From Cenococcum geophilum (Eukaryota), in contig CP158635.1 in NCBI GenBank assembly GCA_050273025.1, positions 28,334,001 through 28,398,000 on the forward strand: a DNA stretch of 64,000 nucleotides. Direction: 5' to 3'. The translations under genes and the position numbers were made by a program. How positions within the stretch are numbered: position 1 is the first letter of the stretch; each line of letters begins with the position of its first letter. Below the pieces are notes generated by a model. That model saw only the letters and a list, made by a program, of their open reading frames with translations. It was not told the origin of the DNA and ran no database searches. This document shows positions 1-14,344 of this stretch, piece by piece.

Positions 1-3000
1 TCCTTACCTATTTTTTAAGGGCGGGAGATCCGTAATAAAGTCTATAGTATAATATTGCTATAGCTTACTAGCGGGGGGAACTAATTTAAGTAGACCCTAT
101 AGCTTATGCCTACGGATTTTATATACTTAACACTTCTTATAATAGCTAATATACTCCTTTACTTCCTACTTAAGCTTTAGCCAATAGTATTTATACTAAA
201 GTAATTTTACTATTTTAGCTTAACTATAGTAGCCGCCCAGATAATTATTATAATTCTTTATAAGAATCTTTTATTATAGATTTACTTCTTATAGCACCTA
301 AACCTTACCATATTTATATAGTAGGCCTATTAGGTCTAGTTCCTAATAATAGCGCCTAGTAGTATTCTTTCTATTATATTTCCGGTCTACTTCTATATTA
401 AAAATAGTATAAAAGACGTCCCTCCGTTACATCATATAAATAAAATCCGTTAACCTTTTAGATAGTTTTTAGGTAAAAGTTATTTTATCTTATACTACTC
501 TAAATACAAGACTAGATAGTATTATAGATTTTATAACTTCTTAGTACGTATATATTAGGAAGGCCGCTATAAGGTTAAAGTCCTTTAGTTATTATAGAGC
601 TCTAAGTTCTAATTGCTTTATAGCTTTACTATTAGTTTAAGGGGATAGCTTAGCAATTAAAGGTAGTATATTATTAGGTTCCGCACTTATATTAGAAATA
701 TCTTATCTAAATATATTTAGCCCCTTAATAGTAACGGATCGGGTACTAGCTAGAATATTAATAAAAATTAATAGGGTTTATAATACCTAGGTACTTAAGT
801 ATTTTATACCTAGAGTTTATTCTATAATATAGAGAGCAAGATATCTATTATCTATTTTCCTTCTCCTATTTTAAAGCCTTTAGTATAGTTTAGCTATTAT
901 AACGGTCTATTAGCAGAGTTATTTTCCCCTAGCTTATATTTAATCTTAAAATTAAATTATATAAGCTTCTCTGCCTATTTAGCTTATTAAGGTATAAGCT
1001 CTTTTAGAGTTATAGAGTAGCGTAGATTATAATAATCTAAGAGTATATAAGTAGTATAGCTTGCGTGCTTAAGGTAATATCGCCACTATTTAAAGCAGTT
1101 AACTATAGCCAGTAGTTCCTTATTATAGGTATAATACCTAATTTTAGGCCCCTAGAATTTTCTATTATAGAATACTACTAGTCTTTAATAGAGCTAGGTA
1201 GCGTTTAGATATCTATTAGGTTATAATAGGATACTAATAAAAGCAAAATCTAATATATTAGTAATTATTATTAATAGCTAATTTAGGTTAAAATATCGTA
1301 GTAATAGAGCCTTTATAGACTTTATATATAGTTCTTAAAAGGCCTCCTAAATCTTTCTAGGCTATAACTATAGTTTATACTATTTAGTTAGTCCCTTTTT
1401 AGTTATCTTTCTTTTTACCTTTAAGCTTTTTACTCCTTAAACTAGGTCTTAGGAAGCTTTTATAATATAGTTAAATAGATATTAGGTAATATTTAAGTAG
1501 TTATAAATAAAGCGCCTATAGAAATTAGTAAAGCCTAAAAAGATTTAAATATCTTAATGACTCTCTAGCTCCGGCTACTCTTAGATTATTTATACCTATA
1601 CTAGGTCTATAACTATACCTATAGGCGTTATAATATAACCTAGGAATTTAACTTGCTTAGTATTAAAAATATACTTTAACGCCTTAGCGTAGAGGCCCTA
1701 ACTATCTAAACGTTCTAGCACTTTGCAGACATATTACTTATACTAATTCTTATTTTCTAAGTAAATTAGGATATTATCTAGATAGATAATATATATACGG
1801 TTAACTAGTCCCCCTACGGCCCTATAAATATATAATTAGAATATTATAGGCGTATTAGCTAGCCTAAAAGGCATTACTAAATACTTAAAGTAGCTATTTT
1901 AGGGTTTAAAAGCTGTCTTCTATTTGACCTCCTTTTTTAATATAGAGCTTATAATAGACGTGTTATAAATCTAGCTTTATAAAGATCTTCGCCCTAAATA
2001 GTCTATTTAGTATTTTACTAACTAGCAGTAGTAGGTAACAGTTCTTAATTATAATCTTATTAAGACTGTAATAGTTTATATATAGCCTTATTGTAACGAT
2101 CGCCCACCGAGCCAAACGAACGCAACTGGCTAAAAGGTATAGTGTCAAACCGAATGGTTTAATGGCTCGGTAACCAATATATGTATATTCGTTGCCCCTT
2201 GTCGTCACCTAACACTTATAGTTCTATCTAGTTTTAGGATAAAGAGGGTTAGTATATCTACTAGTAACTTACTAGGCTGGATCTATCCCTTTTCTAGTAA
2301 ACTATTAAGGTACTTCCTTAGGATCTTAAGCTTTTTATAAGAGAGGTTATAAATAAAAAGGTTTAGTAGCTATTTACCTTCTTTTAAATTAATTATATAA
2401 TTATATTCTAAGTTCTATATAAGAAGCTTAGCCTACCTATTTAAAAAAAAATACCCTTAGTAAGTCCCTTAGGCCTAATAGGATATTTAATAGATTAGTG
2501 TCGCGTTCGTCCTCTATATTATTATTAGATAGGTCTTAAAGCTCCTTTAAAATACTTACGGGTAGTGCTACGCGCTATAGTAGTTACTACTATACGTTAA
2601 ACCGTTATATATAGTAGTTAGTAGAGGGTAGGGAATTCTTTAACGCAACGTTTAAGGTATTAAAGCATACTTTCTATATCTTACTTAAGCTAAAGTAATC
2701 CGTAGTGGTTAAAGTATTTTATAAGATCTTTAAGATCGCCGCCTCTCTATAATATCTCTATAACCTATCTAGCCGTTCTTTATAGAGTCTCTATTATAGA
2801 GGGATTATTGCCTATACTAGGATTTATACCTATCTTATTATAGAATAGGGGTTAGATCTAATACCCCTTTAGGTATAAAGCGTATACTATTTCGCCTAGA
2901 GCTATATCCTTTAGGATATCTTTTAAGCTTATTAGTAATATACGCCCTTCTAATTCTTTATTATTCTACTATTTAAAGGCTTTTATCTTAAAGCGTATTT

Positions 3001-5312
3001 TAAAATCTATTTTTATAAGCTAAGGGTATTTAAGGATAAGGTTATAACTTATAAAGTTAGCTACTTAGAAGGGTTACGGGCCAACTACCTTAGTGCGGTT
3101 ATATGTATCGGCCACTAACACTATATAGTTTAATCTAATACTTACTTAAAAAGCCTATAATAGGTTTCCGCCACTTTAGTAACAGGATAAGTTTATACTC
3201 TTTTACTAAATTATATTATATAAGATTAATTTTAGCGCCACTGTTATATAGTACTTAGAATTAATATACCTTGCCTATAGGGAGTACCATTTTTAGCTTA
3301 ATAGTAATATAGAGAGTCTCTTCTTTTATATCTTGCCCTAGTTACAGCTAAGAGAGATCCGTAATTAGGGCTTTTTTTATATAGATTATTAGTACGGTTA
3401 TCGCCCTACTTATTTTTTTTAAAATAGGATTTACCTCTAGAGAAGTTTTCTTTTAACTTTTTAAAGCGTTTCTATAAAGGTGCTAAGTAGGTATTAGGTT
3501 AGCCCTAGAAGTCTTTCCTATTACTTAAGGTCCCTAACTTTAACCCCTTTTAAAGTTCTCTTTAAGAACGGCTTCTTTAAAGGTTAGGTCTGCCCTATAT
3601 TATTACTAAAGTACCTACGCTTCTAGTAACCCTTTAGCTTCCTACTAGAAGAGGTCTAGTTACTTACTATATTCTTAGCATTTAGAACCGCTTGTTTAAA
3701 ATCTATATATATAGTAATCCGCAATAAGGCCCCTACGCGCTTAATTTTAGCCTAAATAAACCTAATCTTTATCTTTTTATATATACTACCATCCTTATTT
3801 TTAAAGGGCTTTAAATCTATTTATTAAGTATAAGTTTTTATAAAGTTTATAAACTAGCGGAAGTTATAGTAGTTAAGCTATATCCTATTCTAGAATAGCT
3901 TTATATTATTATATTATATAATATATAGATCTTAAATCCATTTCTTTAAAAAGGGTTATAGCTATAGATATATAGCAATTTGCTCTTTATTAAGCTAATT
4001 AAGTGCAATCTAGTTTAGTAATCGGTCTTTAATCTTACTAATAATTTAGCGTATATGTTCTTTAGTATTATCTTATATTATTAGCATCTTAAAGAAGTTG
4101 TCTACCTTATAAACCCAACTATTTAGCTATTAGACGTTAGGTCTATAACAGAGTTCTAGACTATTAGAGACTTTAACCAATTAGTTTATATTCTTTTTCC
4201 GTTTACTATATAGATATCTCTCTAAGTCTTTTATACCTTCTTAGGTAGGTACTAGGTAGCCCCTAAAAGGCCCTTAACCTTAGCCAGGTTATAAAAGATT
4301 TTATTTAGCTTAGATTAAGCTCTACTAAATCTAGACCTACCCCTAGAGGTTTCTAATATATTTATTAGTAGCTCTTTCCTATATAGTTTCCGAGAGCCTT
4401 ACGGCCACTTTCTAATATCTATCTTAAAGAAAATCGGTTTAGAGCTCTTAACATTCTAACCTTAGCTTTAGGGAAGCTCTAGCTATAGAGGTAGTATTAG
4501 CACTAGTAGCTAGTATAGGTTTCCCTATAAGACTTAAGTCTTAAATTAGTGGTTAGGTTAAGTTACCTAAAGGAGTAAACCCGCTTAGCTTATAAACAGT
4601 TTATATATTATTACTTTACTAATTATAGGCTAGTAGTCTTTCGGGAGGGTTCTAGTTAGTTTCCTAGTTAAATATATTAGTATATTTCTTTAGCATTTCT
4701 AGCTTAGGGAAAGATCTTAGAGTTACTTATAGCGCTTAATCTTCTAATTAGCCTAAATAGGGCTAAAGGGATTTTAGTTACTTTTTAGTAGCGTTATAAC
4801 CATTATAGAGGGTGTCTACGTTTTCCTTAGCGGTAACTATAGGTATATAAAAGTCTTTAAGCTCCTAGTATATCTAGGTATTAAAGCTTATTTAGTTATC
4901 TTACTTAGAGGTTTATATTATTATAATCTTTCGCTATTAGAGAGACCTTCCTGCCTTATTATAACAGCTGTCTATAAGGTATTTATAGAGTTTCTAGTTA
5001 GGTTGTCGCGAGATTTTTTAAAGAAGAAACGGTAAATATAAACAATCTAGCTCTTAAGCCAGCTGCCCTTTTAAATAGAGTAGGAAGGATTTAATTATAA
5101 GGGGACTTTATAAATAGGGGACTATAAGGACATAATTGTGAGATAAGATAGATTGGTAAGAGAGACGAATCCTTAAGAAGGTAAGGCCTTTAGGATTATA
5201 GAGACTATATACTACGAACACGTGCCTTCGGCATATAACTAGTAATTATTTAAGGGGCGTTTAGGGGTTGTCCTAAGGGCAACCTAAAGTAGCTGCAATA
5301 ATATCCTTTATA
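1..5312 (-). mobile_element. Ty3/Gypsy LTR retrotransposon family A, copy 1 (RIP-degraded, runs off left edge; 5' LTR 5096-5312)
   Basis: Colinear with 20837-26099. LTR TATAAGGGG...CCTTTATA matches the LTRs at 17186 and 25885. The minus strand carries RT/RNase H/integrase remnants full of TAA/TAG stops. Confidence 0.9.
2092..2214. mobile_element. 123-bp solo LTR-like insertion (TG...CA) with 5-bp TSD CTTAT
   Basis: Absent from the homologous site in copy 2 (around 22944). Starts TGTAACG, ends CCTAACA, with CTTAT at 2087-2091 and 2215-2219. Confidence 0.85.
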
Positions 5313-5791
5313 CTATAGTTAAAGATAATTAATTTAAGAGCGCCGTAGATATAATAGATATTATTAACGTAAAGGCGGGCTATATCCTTTATAGTTATAG
5401 TCTTAAAATAAGAAAGGGAGAAAGATTACTTAAATAGTTGGTTAATTGCTATAAATGCTATATTATAGCCATAGGCGTCCTTTAGAAATAACTTAAAGTC
5501 TATTATAATATATTGTTAAGGATGTACTAGGACTAGTAGTAGTTATAGCTATCTAGGAGCTTAATCCCTAAGGATATCTACGCGTTTATAGGCATAGTAG
5601 TTTCTAATAAATTGCTTTATATTAAATAGAAGACCTTACTAGTAGTAACGGGGCGTTAGTAGTTGGTAGGTTTTATCCTAGCTAAAGTATACTATAAAGA
5701 CTTAATAGTGGGCTTTGCAGATTAGCTCTGTCTATAGGTTATTAACGTTTAAAACTATAAGCCGTTTCTAGTATAATAGTAATCCTTCTTC
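5313..5791 (-). pseudogene. Ty3/Gypsy integrase fragment of a third family (zinc-binding region plus start of core)
   Basis: De-RIPed minus-strand reading gives approx. EEGLLLY..RLVVP..LRTELI.EAH..AHPG.DKTYQLL.PRYYW...C..CKRA...LQPLPVP..PW..I.MDF...IDRLSK...YGAP.SIVSD. Confidence 0.8.
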
Positions 5792-6433
5792 TAGAACCCC
5801 CTAATAATAGCTTATACTATAATCCTCTACGCCTACTAAAAGAGCTATATTAGCTTTTATATCGCAAGTAGGTACTATATTAGTAACGTATAGTCTACTA
5901 TTAATAGGACTAAGCTCTTAGCTAGCTATTTAACGCTCTTAGGCTATAATCCCTTTAATTTACATAACGCTAGCGTTACCTTAGTAGCTTTACTTACCTT
6001 ATTTATTAGGTATGCCTTAAACCTTAATTCCTTATTAAGAATTACCCTAAGGATTTTAATATCCTATATTAGGGGGATTCCTTTTCCTTTAAATTAGAGT
6101 GGCGTAGTAATATCCCTACCCGCTTCTTTATATCTAGTAAAGTAAATAAATAATATTTTCTTTACTTTAAATTAAGCTCCATTAATCTTCTTCTATTTCT
6201 TAAGTATTAGTATAATCTCGCCCTATATAATCTACGTATTTTCCTTTACTATAGGGCCTATAACCTATACTAAGTAGTTATTAATAAAGGCTATAAAGCT
6301 ACTATTTTTAAGTACACTTTATATAAAATCTATATTAAAAAATAAAAAAAGTATTAGGGCTAGTACTAATCCCTATAGAAGACCCGCCTATAGGAGCGCC
6401 TATACCTCTAATATATATTTATTAACTAAAATA

Positions 6434-9400
6434 TATTACGGACGCTTTAAGTATAATGTTACAACTACTTAGAGAAGAGTTAGAAGAAGCTAGTTAGTTA
6501 ATTTAAGCACGGTTTAGGATAGAGCCGGTAGAACTATATAACGAGGAAGGGTAACTAAGGTCATATAATATGCTACGTATTAAATAAGAGGAACGAAAGG
6601 AACTTACGTACCTTATATATAAGACGTACATTACGTATAAAAAGGATTTTATAGGAGTACGGTTATGTATTTAAGAACCCTTAGTCCCTACCTAGATAGT
6701 TCCTTTCTTATAGTAATTCTTAGAATATAATTAAAGTTAATCTATTAGGCAACTACTCTACCAGTTATTATTACGTTATTAACTTTTATACTTATATTTC
6801 CTACACACCTAGCCCAATAACAAGCCCATCGTAGTTCTTACTATAAGATTCCGTTACATAATTACTACCTAGTTATAGTATTAAATACAGAAAGTCAAAT
6901 AACATGCTACTAAAAGCAGCCACTATAACGCCATTAACGGCGGCAACTACTTTAAGATTAGGAAACGATACCAGTATAGCAGACACTAATTTATAGCAAC
7001 CTATAACGGTCGGACAACTATAAGAGGTAATTAATTAGTTAATAGCTAATAATATAGTATTAGAAGAAAGGGTTAATAGGATTAGAGTAGTAAAGGTTAA
7101 GTTACTATTAATTAAGAGGTACTTAGGAGAAAGATTAAAGCTTAAGGGGTTTCTTACCTAAATGCACTTTAAGGTTATAAAGGAAGGGGTAAAGCTACCA
7201 ACACCTATAAATCGAATAGCCTATGCAGGACTATTTCTATTAGGAAGAGCACTTAAATAGTTTAAGCCTTACCTTACGGAAATACAGATAAACGGAATAA
7301 CGACTACTAATTAGGAGGTGCGGTTTATATTCTTAAGCTAAAAAGGATTTGTAAAGCGACTTATATAAATATTTAAAGACCTAGAGGCAGTAACTACGGC
7401 GGAAAAAAAACTCTAAGACATTATATAACGAACCTTAGTAATTAAGTATATAATATAGTTCCAGACGCTAGTAATATAAGTAAAGTAGAATAATAAGGCG
7501 CTTATAGCATAGTATAAATAGGGACTTAAGGCTAAAGTCTAGGACGCGATTATCTTAATAGAAGATGCAGATACCCTACGGGATTTAATAGATTAAGCAA
7601 TTAAGATTAATAATTAGATCTATTAAAGGGAACAGGCTAAGAGAGGTTAGAATAGAGTTCTATAGTTATATAAGGCGCAGAGTACGTATTAACTAAAGCT
7701 AAGTTAGAAACTATGGTATAGCGCAAAGCTAATAGACCTAAGTAGTACTAAAGAAGCCTATAAGAGATAGAGTAAGAAACTATAAAAACCTAGAGGTTAA
7801 GGATCTAGTAATTATAGGACTAAGGAGTAGAGGCTAAACTAGGGATCTTAGCAGTAGAAGACGTTTAGGCGGACTCTATAGCAAAGTTAATAGTTTAAAG
7901 ACGGAGCTTATATAAATTATAGGAAATAAGGTTATTTCGCAAGGGATTATAAAGATAGTTAGAGTTATTATGTAATAAAGGGAACCTAACTAGTAGAAGA
8001 TATATATATATAGAAGGATAATAGTATACTGCAAGGAACAAAGGAATGTTTAATTAGAAGTTTCGCGTTTTGTTATAATAACGCATACTAAATTTATAAA
8101 GACGCTAAGTATAGCGTAAGCTATTAGCTATAGGAGCTAAAATCTATAAAGTATAAAGGAACTAATAAACTAGTTTGTAGATTAGATATTAAGGACGATA
8201 AATTTAATAAAGGCGAAACATTTTATAACAATAAGGCGATAAAGGCGGCTTACTAGGAGCACGTAGACCTTAGAGATATTATAATAAAGATAGAGGATAA
8301 TTCCACTATAGAATAGGGAATATTAGTAGGGATCAAGACCCCACTAGACACAATATTTATCGCTTTATAAGATATAAGAGAAGTAAAATAGCAAACTACT
8401 TCAGCACTTAATAAAGGTAAAAGGCTAAAGGCTTAAGATTCTTAAGATAAGATATAAGATAACTAAGATTCTTAAGACAAGATAAAGCAAGCTTAAGGAC
8501 CTATAATAGACGATAACTAATAAAGTAGAGTAGCAGCTTAGTTTAAAGATATATAAATAAGCTTAGGATAGAGTTTCCTATAGGTATAAGACTCTTAAAA
8601 CGAAATAAGTAAGATTTAAAACTTTTAAAATAAGATAAGAACACTAAATAAGCCTAGTTAGACTAAGGTAGGAGTAAAGCTTAAGTTAGAAGCAAGCTTA
8701 GGATTAAAAATCCTATAGAACTAAGACTTTAAGATATAAATAAGGGCTATTAATAAGATTAGAGAATTTGCGATATAAATAGCAATTAGACTAGGAGATA
8801 GATATATAAACCTAAAAGACTTATTAGGGGAATATGGTATTTAGCCTAAAGATTAAAAAGTTAATACTAAGATTAAGAAGCAAGAAGACTTTAAGGATTT
8901 ATTTATAAGACGTGAAAGAAAAGAAACTAAGGAGGAATTTAGAGCGAGAATTACCTTATAGTAAGAATAGAAACTAAATAAGAGATTTAGTATATTAGGA
9001 CGTATAAGGGACAGAGCGCTAGTACGAAGAATTACTAATAGGCTAAGAGTAGGTATACTAAGAGCTAAGTAGCTTACTAAACTAGAATAAGAAGAGGATC
9101 TAGAGATTCTAATTAGGTTTAAGGAATAATATACTAAAGGCTATTATAATATAGTAATAAAAAGATACTTCCTTATAAACAAACCATATATACTCTAGTA
9201 GCTATACCAAAAGTAGTATAGGCAAAGGCACAATAATAAGTAGGAAGATTTCTATATATAGTTAAATAAGAAAGTTATCTAAGACTACCTAATTACGGAA
9301 AAAGCGATAAGTTATATTAAGGGAGCCTTAATTATAATATTAAAGGATCTAGAGGAATAAATAGAGGACTAGAGAAGTAAGAGGCGTATCTTAATACCCA

Positions 9401-12400
9401 TAAATAAAGTTATAGCGTTTAGATTAATATAAGATAGGTTTAAACTTAAGGATAAAAATAAGCTAAGAGTTAACGTAAAGCACCTAATATATTACACGCT
9501 ATTATAGATCGTATATATAGAAAATATATATAATATACACAGAGCACCAAAGGATAAATATTAGAAATACCCTATAAGAATATATTAGCTAATAGAAGAA
9601 CAGAAGTATTAAAACGCTAAATATATATATAGCTAGCATCTAGTAGAAGTTTAGGAGTTAGGTAACTTAATACTTTAGCTAAAAAGATTCCTTACGGAAG
9701 AATGCCTAGACGGATAATAGTGGTGGGAATGCCCAGAGAATATATATCTATAGTATATTAAAGACAAAAAGCAAATTAGGTATTGGCTAAAGAGTAAGCT
9801 AAGTGCAATAGGATTAAGTAGCTAATAGTTAGGAAAAGTAGAGGCTTATAAAACTAGAGGGAGCTAGTAATAGAGCCTTAGACCCTTAAAGGAATTTAAG
9901 GATAATACCTAAATTTATAAGTTAAATAGTAAGATTAATAGTTTAAAACATTAATAGATAGTAGAGTAATAAGAAACTATATCTTACTAGCAGCAGTTAA
10001 AAGAATAGGTTTACTATATAGGAAAAAGGAGCACCCTTACCTATTAGTAATAATTTTAGGAGATCCGATAGCCTATAGAGGAGGCATTATTAATTTTAAA
10101 ATAGGACCTATTTAGTTAACTATTAAAGGGAAATAGATTAAGATGTCTTTTAATATATTACCATTAGGGAATAATAAGGTAGTATTAGGAATACCTTAGT
10201 TACAGAAATACAATCTAAAGATTAATTAGGTTATAGGTTAGGTTAATATTAGGGATACTTAATAACGCAAGATATAATAATAAGCTAAGTTAGTATAGTA
10301 TTAAGTAGGGCGACCTATAAAGAAATAGAAAAAGGATTAAGTTATATACTAAAAAGATACTATAAGTATAGTAAGAAACTATAGTTACTAAAAAGTAAAA
10401 AGCTGTTAGAGTATGCAGTATAGAACTATAAAATAGAATTAGAACTAGGAATAAGTTTAAGGTTCTTTCTAATCTATAAGCTTACTAAAGAGGAAGGTAA
10501 AGTATTAAAGGAGTTTATCTAAGAAAATCTATAAAAAGAATATATTAGACCATTATAGTTATTAGCGGGTTATCTAGTACTATTTATACTAAAGAAGAAT
10601 AGCAAACTAAGGCTATATATTAACTATAAATAGTTAAACAACATTACTAAAAAGGATAGGTATCCTTTACCCTTAATTAGCGAAATTTAAGATAGGATAG
10701 GTAACGTATAAATCTTTATAAAGATAGATCTAAGAAAGGCGTACTATTAAATTAAAATTAAGGAAGGCGATAAATAAAAGGCAGCCTTTAGGTTAAAGGA
10801 AGGACTATATAAACTATTAGTTATGTAATTTAGGCTTATAAACGTACTAGCAATGTTCTAAAAGTATATTAATAATATATTAGAAGAACACTTAGATAAA
10901 TTTATTATAGTATACCTTAATAATATTATTATCTACTTAATAACTAAGAAAGAATATAGAGAATATATTAAATAGGTCTTAAGGAGATTATAGAAAGAAT
11001 AGATGCTAGTAGCAATTAAGAAATACGAGTTCTTTACTAGGAAGACGGATTTTGTCAGATTTATTATTAAACTAGGCCAACTTAGTATAGATCTAAAGAA
11101 GATTAAGGCTATAGTAAATTAGTAGGAACTAGAGAACGCTATATAGTTAAGATTGTTCCTAGGGTTTTATAATTACTATAGAAGGTTTATAGCGTAATAG
11201 TTAAAGGATATTAAGCCATTTACGTAATTAATAAAGAAAGAGGAACTATAGGTATAGAGAAAGGAATAGTAGGAACTCTTTAAGAAAGTTAAAGAGTTAT
11301 TTACCTAGGAGCTAGTTCTTAAGATTTATTAACTAGGACTAAAAACGGTTATAGAAATAGATATATTAGACTATATACTAGGGGCATACTTTATATAAAG
11401 GCATTAAGATAGATGGTACCCAGTGGCATACTATAGTAGGAAGATAACGCTACTAGAGTTAAACTATAATATCTATAATAAGGAGTTATTAGGTATAGTT
11501 ATAGTATTAAAAAAATAAAGAGCATTCTTATAAGGTATAGAGAAACTATTTATAGTTAAAATAGATTATAAAAACCTAATAGGATTCCTAATAATAAAGA
11601 AACTTAACTAAAGATAGGTTAGATAGGCAGAGATACTTATAGAATACTATTTTAAGATTTAGTATACTAAGGGTACTAATAATATATAAGTAGATGCTTT
11701 AAGTTAGAAAGCTAAACTATAGAATAATAAGAAGCCATTAGGGGCTTTACTGCAAAAAGATATAGATAGATTAATTAGGTATAATTATTTAAAAAATTAT
11801 AGCAATTTAGGAAAATAACGAGTTAGGAAGAGTCTATAAGATATTAGAAAGCTTTTAAGTATAAAGAATTCTAGAAGCATAGTTAGAAGATCTATAGATG
11901 GATATATATAAGAATTAAGAAGCTAAGTATATCCTAAGAAGTATAATAGAGTATTTTATAGAAGATTTCTATAAGGGAATAACTTAAGGACATAATAGAG
12001 CCATAGGCTTAGTATTAAGACTCTAAGAGAAGTATATTATTAATAGAATCTAAAAACTAGCGCGAAAAGTTATAAAGGAATAAACTAATAAGGTATAAGC
12101 TATATAGAGGGCTATAACCTATTAAAACACTAAAGAGACTATAGAAGGTTATATCGTAGGACTTTATTATTAAGTTACTAAAGTTAAAAGACCCTATTAC
12201 CGGATAAGATTATAACGCGATCTTAGTAATAGTAGATAAGCTTATAAAGTAGGGATACTTTATAGTATATATAGAAGAAATCTTAGTAGAAGATATCGCT
12301 AGAATCTATATTAAAGAAGTATTTATAAGATATAGAGCACTAAGTAAAATTATATTAGATAGAGACCTCAGATTTATAGCAGTATTTTAGGAGGTATTTT

Positions 12401-14344
12401 TAGCGGAATAAGGAGTTAGAGTAGTAACTTCTACTATATATTATCTATAGATAGACGGTTAAACAGAACAACTAAATTAAATACTAGAGCAGTATCTAAG
12501 ACACTATATTAATTACGCATAGAATAATTAGGTATTATTACTACTAGTTATATAGTTTATATATAATATAACACCTTAAGAGAGAATAGGCATATTACTA
12601 TTTAAGGCGAATTATAGATATAAGCTAAAAATATTATTATTACTATAGTAAGCAAAGAAAATAAGTAGTATAGCTAAAGAAAGAATAAATATATTAATAA
12701 ATCTTTATATAGACCTTATAGAATTAGTAAAGAAAGTATAAAAGAGAATAAAAAGGTACTATAATACTAGGAGATCTAAGGGACTAAATCTTAAGGAGGG
12801 AGATAAAGTATAGCTACTATATAAAATTTTTAAGAGTTAACAACTAAGTAAGAAGTTAAACTATATTAAACTAGGACCTTTTAAAATTAAGCAAAGGATT
12901 TTACCGGTTATATTTAAGTTAAACCTACTAGCCAAAATAAAGATCTACCCTATATAGTATATTATAATGCTAAAGCTAGTATATAGGAATATTAAGCCAC
13001 TAGTCTATAAAGCAGACATGTATAGAGGATAAGAAGAAGATAAATAGTAAGATTTAAGGATCGTTAGTTATAAGGACGTTAACGATAAAATATAGTATAA
13101 GGTTAAGTAAATAGGCTATAATAAGACTATCTAGGAGCTACTAGAGAATTTAAAAAATGCTATAGGAAAGGTATAGAAGTATTAGAAGAAATTAGGTTAG
13201 GTAGCATTAATAAAAAAGAATCGCTAAAAAATAAGTTATCTAAGGGGGACCTAAGAAGAGTAGTTGCTGAGCTACTTAGATCTATTTCCTTCTCTACTAA
13301 AAGAGAATCCGTTTTTTTATTACTAAGTTCCTATAGACCCTATTCTATAAGTTTCTACTCCTTAAAATAGACCTTCTTACGCACTTTCTTAAGATAGAGT
13401 AGATGGGTAAACACTGCGATATAAGTATCTAGGGCCTTCTATTCCGCATCCTAAGAACATTTTAACTTAGTAAGGGCTTAAGACAGTTTACTATCTAGTC
13501 GCGCAGCAGTAAATTAAATATAAGACCCTAAGATAAATTAATTAGGGAACTAGACGACTATTAAGAGTAATAGGTCGCGTATATTTAGTATTAGAAGTAG
13601 AGTAAACGTTATAAGATAAACAAATATTTGCTTTAGTGCACCCTAAATAAGAGGACGGTTATCGCGAAGATGGGTTTACTAATATAATATAAACTAACCC
13701 CTCTTTAGAATAATGAGAATACGGAGACAGTATAATCTTACTAAGAGATAATATTGCAGCAATAGTACGAGTACAACGTTAGGCGTGTAAAGAAGAAATT
13801 GCTTTAGGTATAATAAGTAATAATATTAACTAAATTAATTAGACAGATATTATACCTCTAGTAAATAACTTAAAGATATTTTAAATCTTTAAGGACAAAA
13901 ATAAAAAGGAGGGAGATAGTGTTACGGACGCTTTAAGTATAATATTATAACTACTTAAAGAAAAGTCAAAAGAAGCTAGTTAGTTAATTTAAGCATAGTC
14001 TAGAATAGAGCCGGTAGAACTATATAATAAGGAAGGGTAACTAAGGTTATATAATATACTACGTATTAAATAAAAGGAATAAAAGGAACTTATGTACCTT
14101 ATATATAAAACATATATTACGTATAAGAAGGATTTTATAGAAGTACGGTTGTGTATTTAAGGACCCTTAGTCCCTACCTAAATAGTTCCTTCCTTATAGT
14201 AATTCTTAGAATATAATTAGAGTTAATCTGTTAGGCAACTACTCTACTAGTTATTATTACGTTGTTGACTTTTATACTTGCATTTCCTACACACCTAGCC
14301 CAATAACGAGCCCATCGTAGTTCTTGCTATAAGGTTCCGTTACA
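6434..14344 (+). mobile_element. Ty3/Gypsy LTR retrotransposon family B, copy 1 (LTRs 6434-6858 and 13920-14344, 425 bp; gag-pol ~6904-13230)
   Basis: TG(TA)TTACGG...CCGTTACA LTRs; PPT AAAAGGAGGGAGATAG before the 3' LTR; TSD AAATA/GAATA (GGATA in uninterrupted LINE). Degenerate CCHC knuckle (~7911), protease (~9950), RT YLDD-like (~10913), RNase H, integrase and chromodomain-like region (~13040-13200). Confidence 0.92.
13240..13811 (-). pseudogene. Antisense small ORF of family B: Cys-rich (C-x2-C...C...C-x2-C...C) motif followed by coiled-coil/acidic tail
   Basis: De-RIPed minus reading approx. MPKAISSSHAQRRARTIAAMLSLGEIMPSPCSRCSKEGLVCVALANPSSRQPSSCLGCTKANIRSSCDV...LDSELSQALAELERSRDAERKALD. 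A second copy is at ~33775-34344. Confidence 0.6.
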
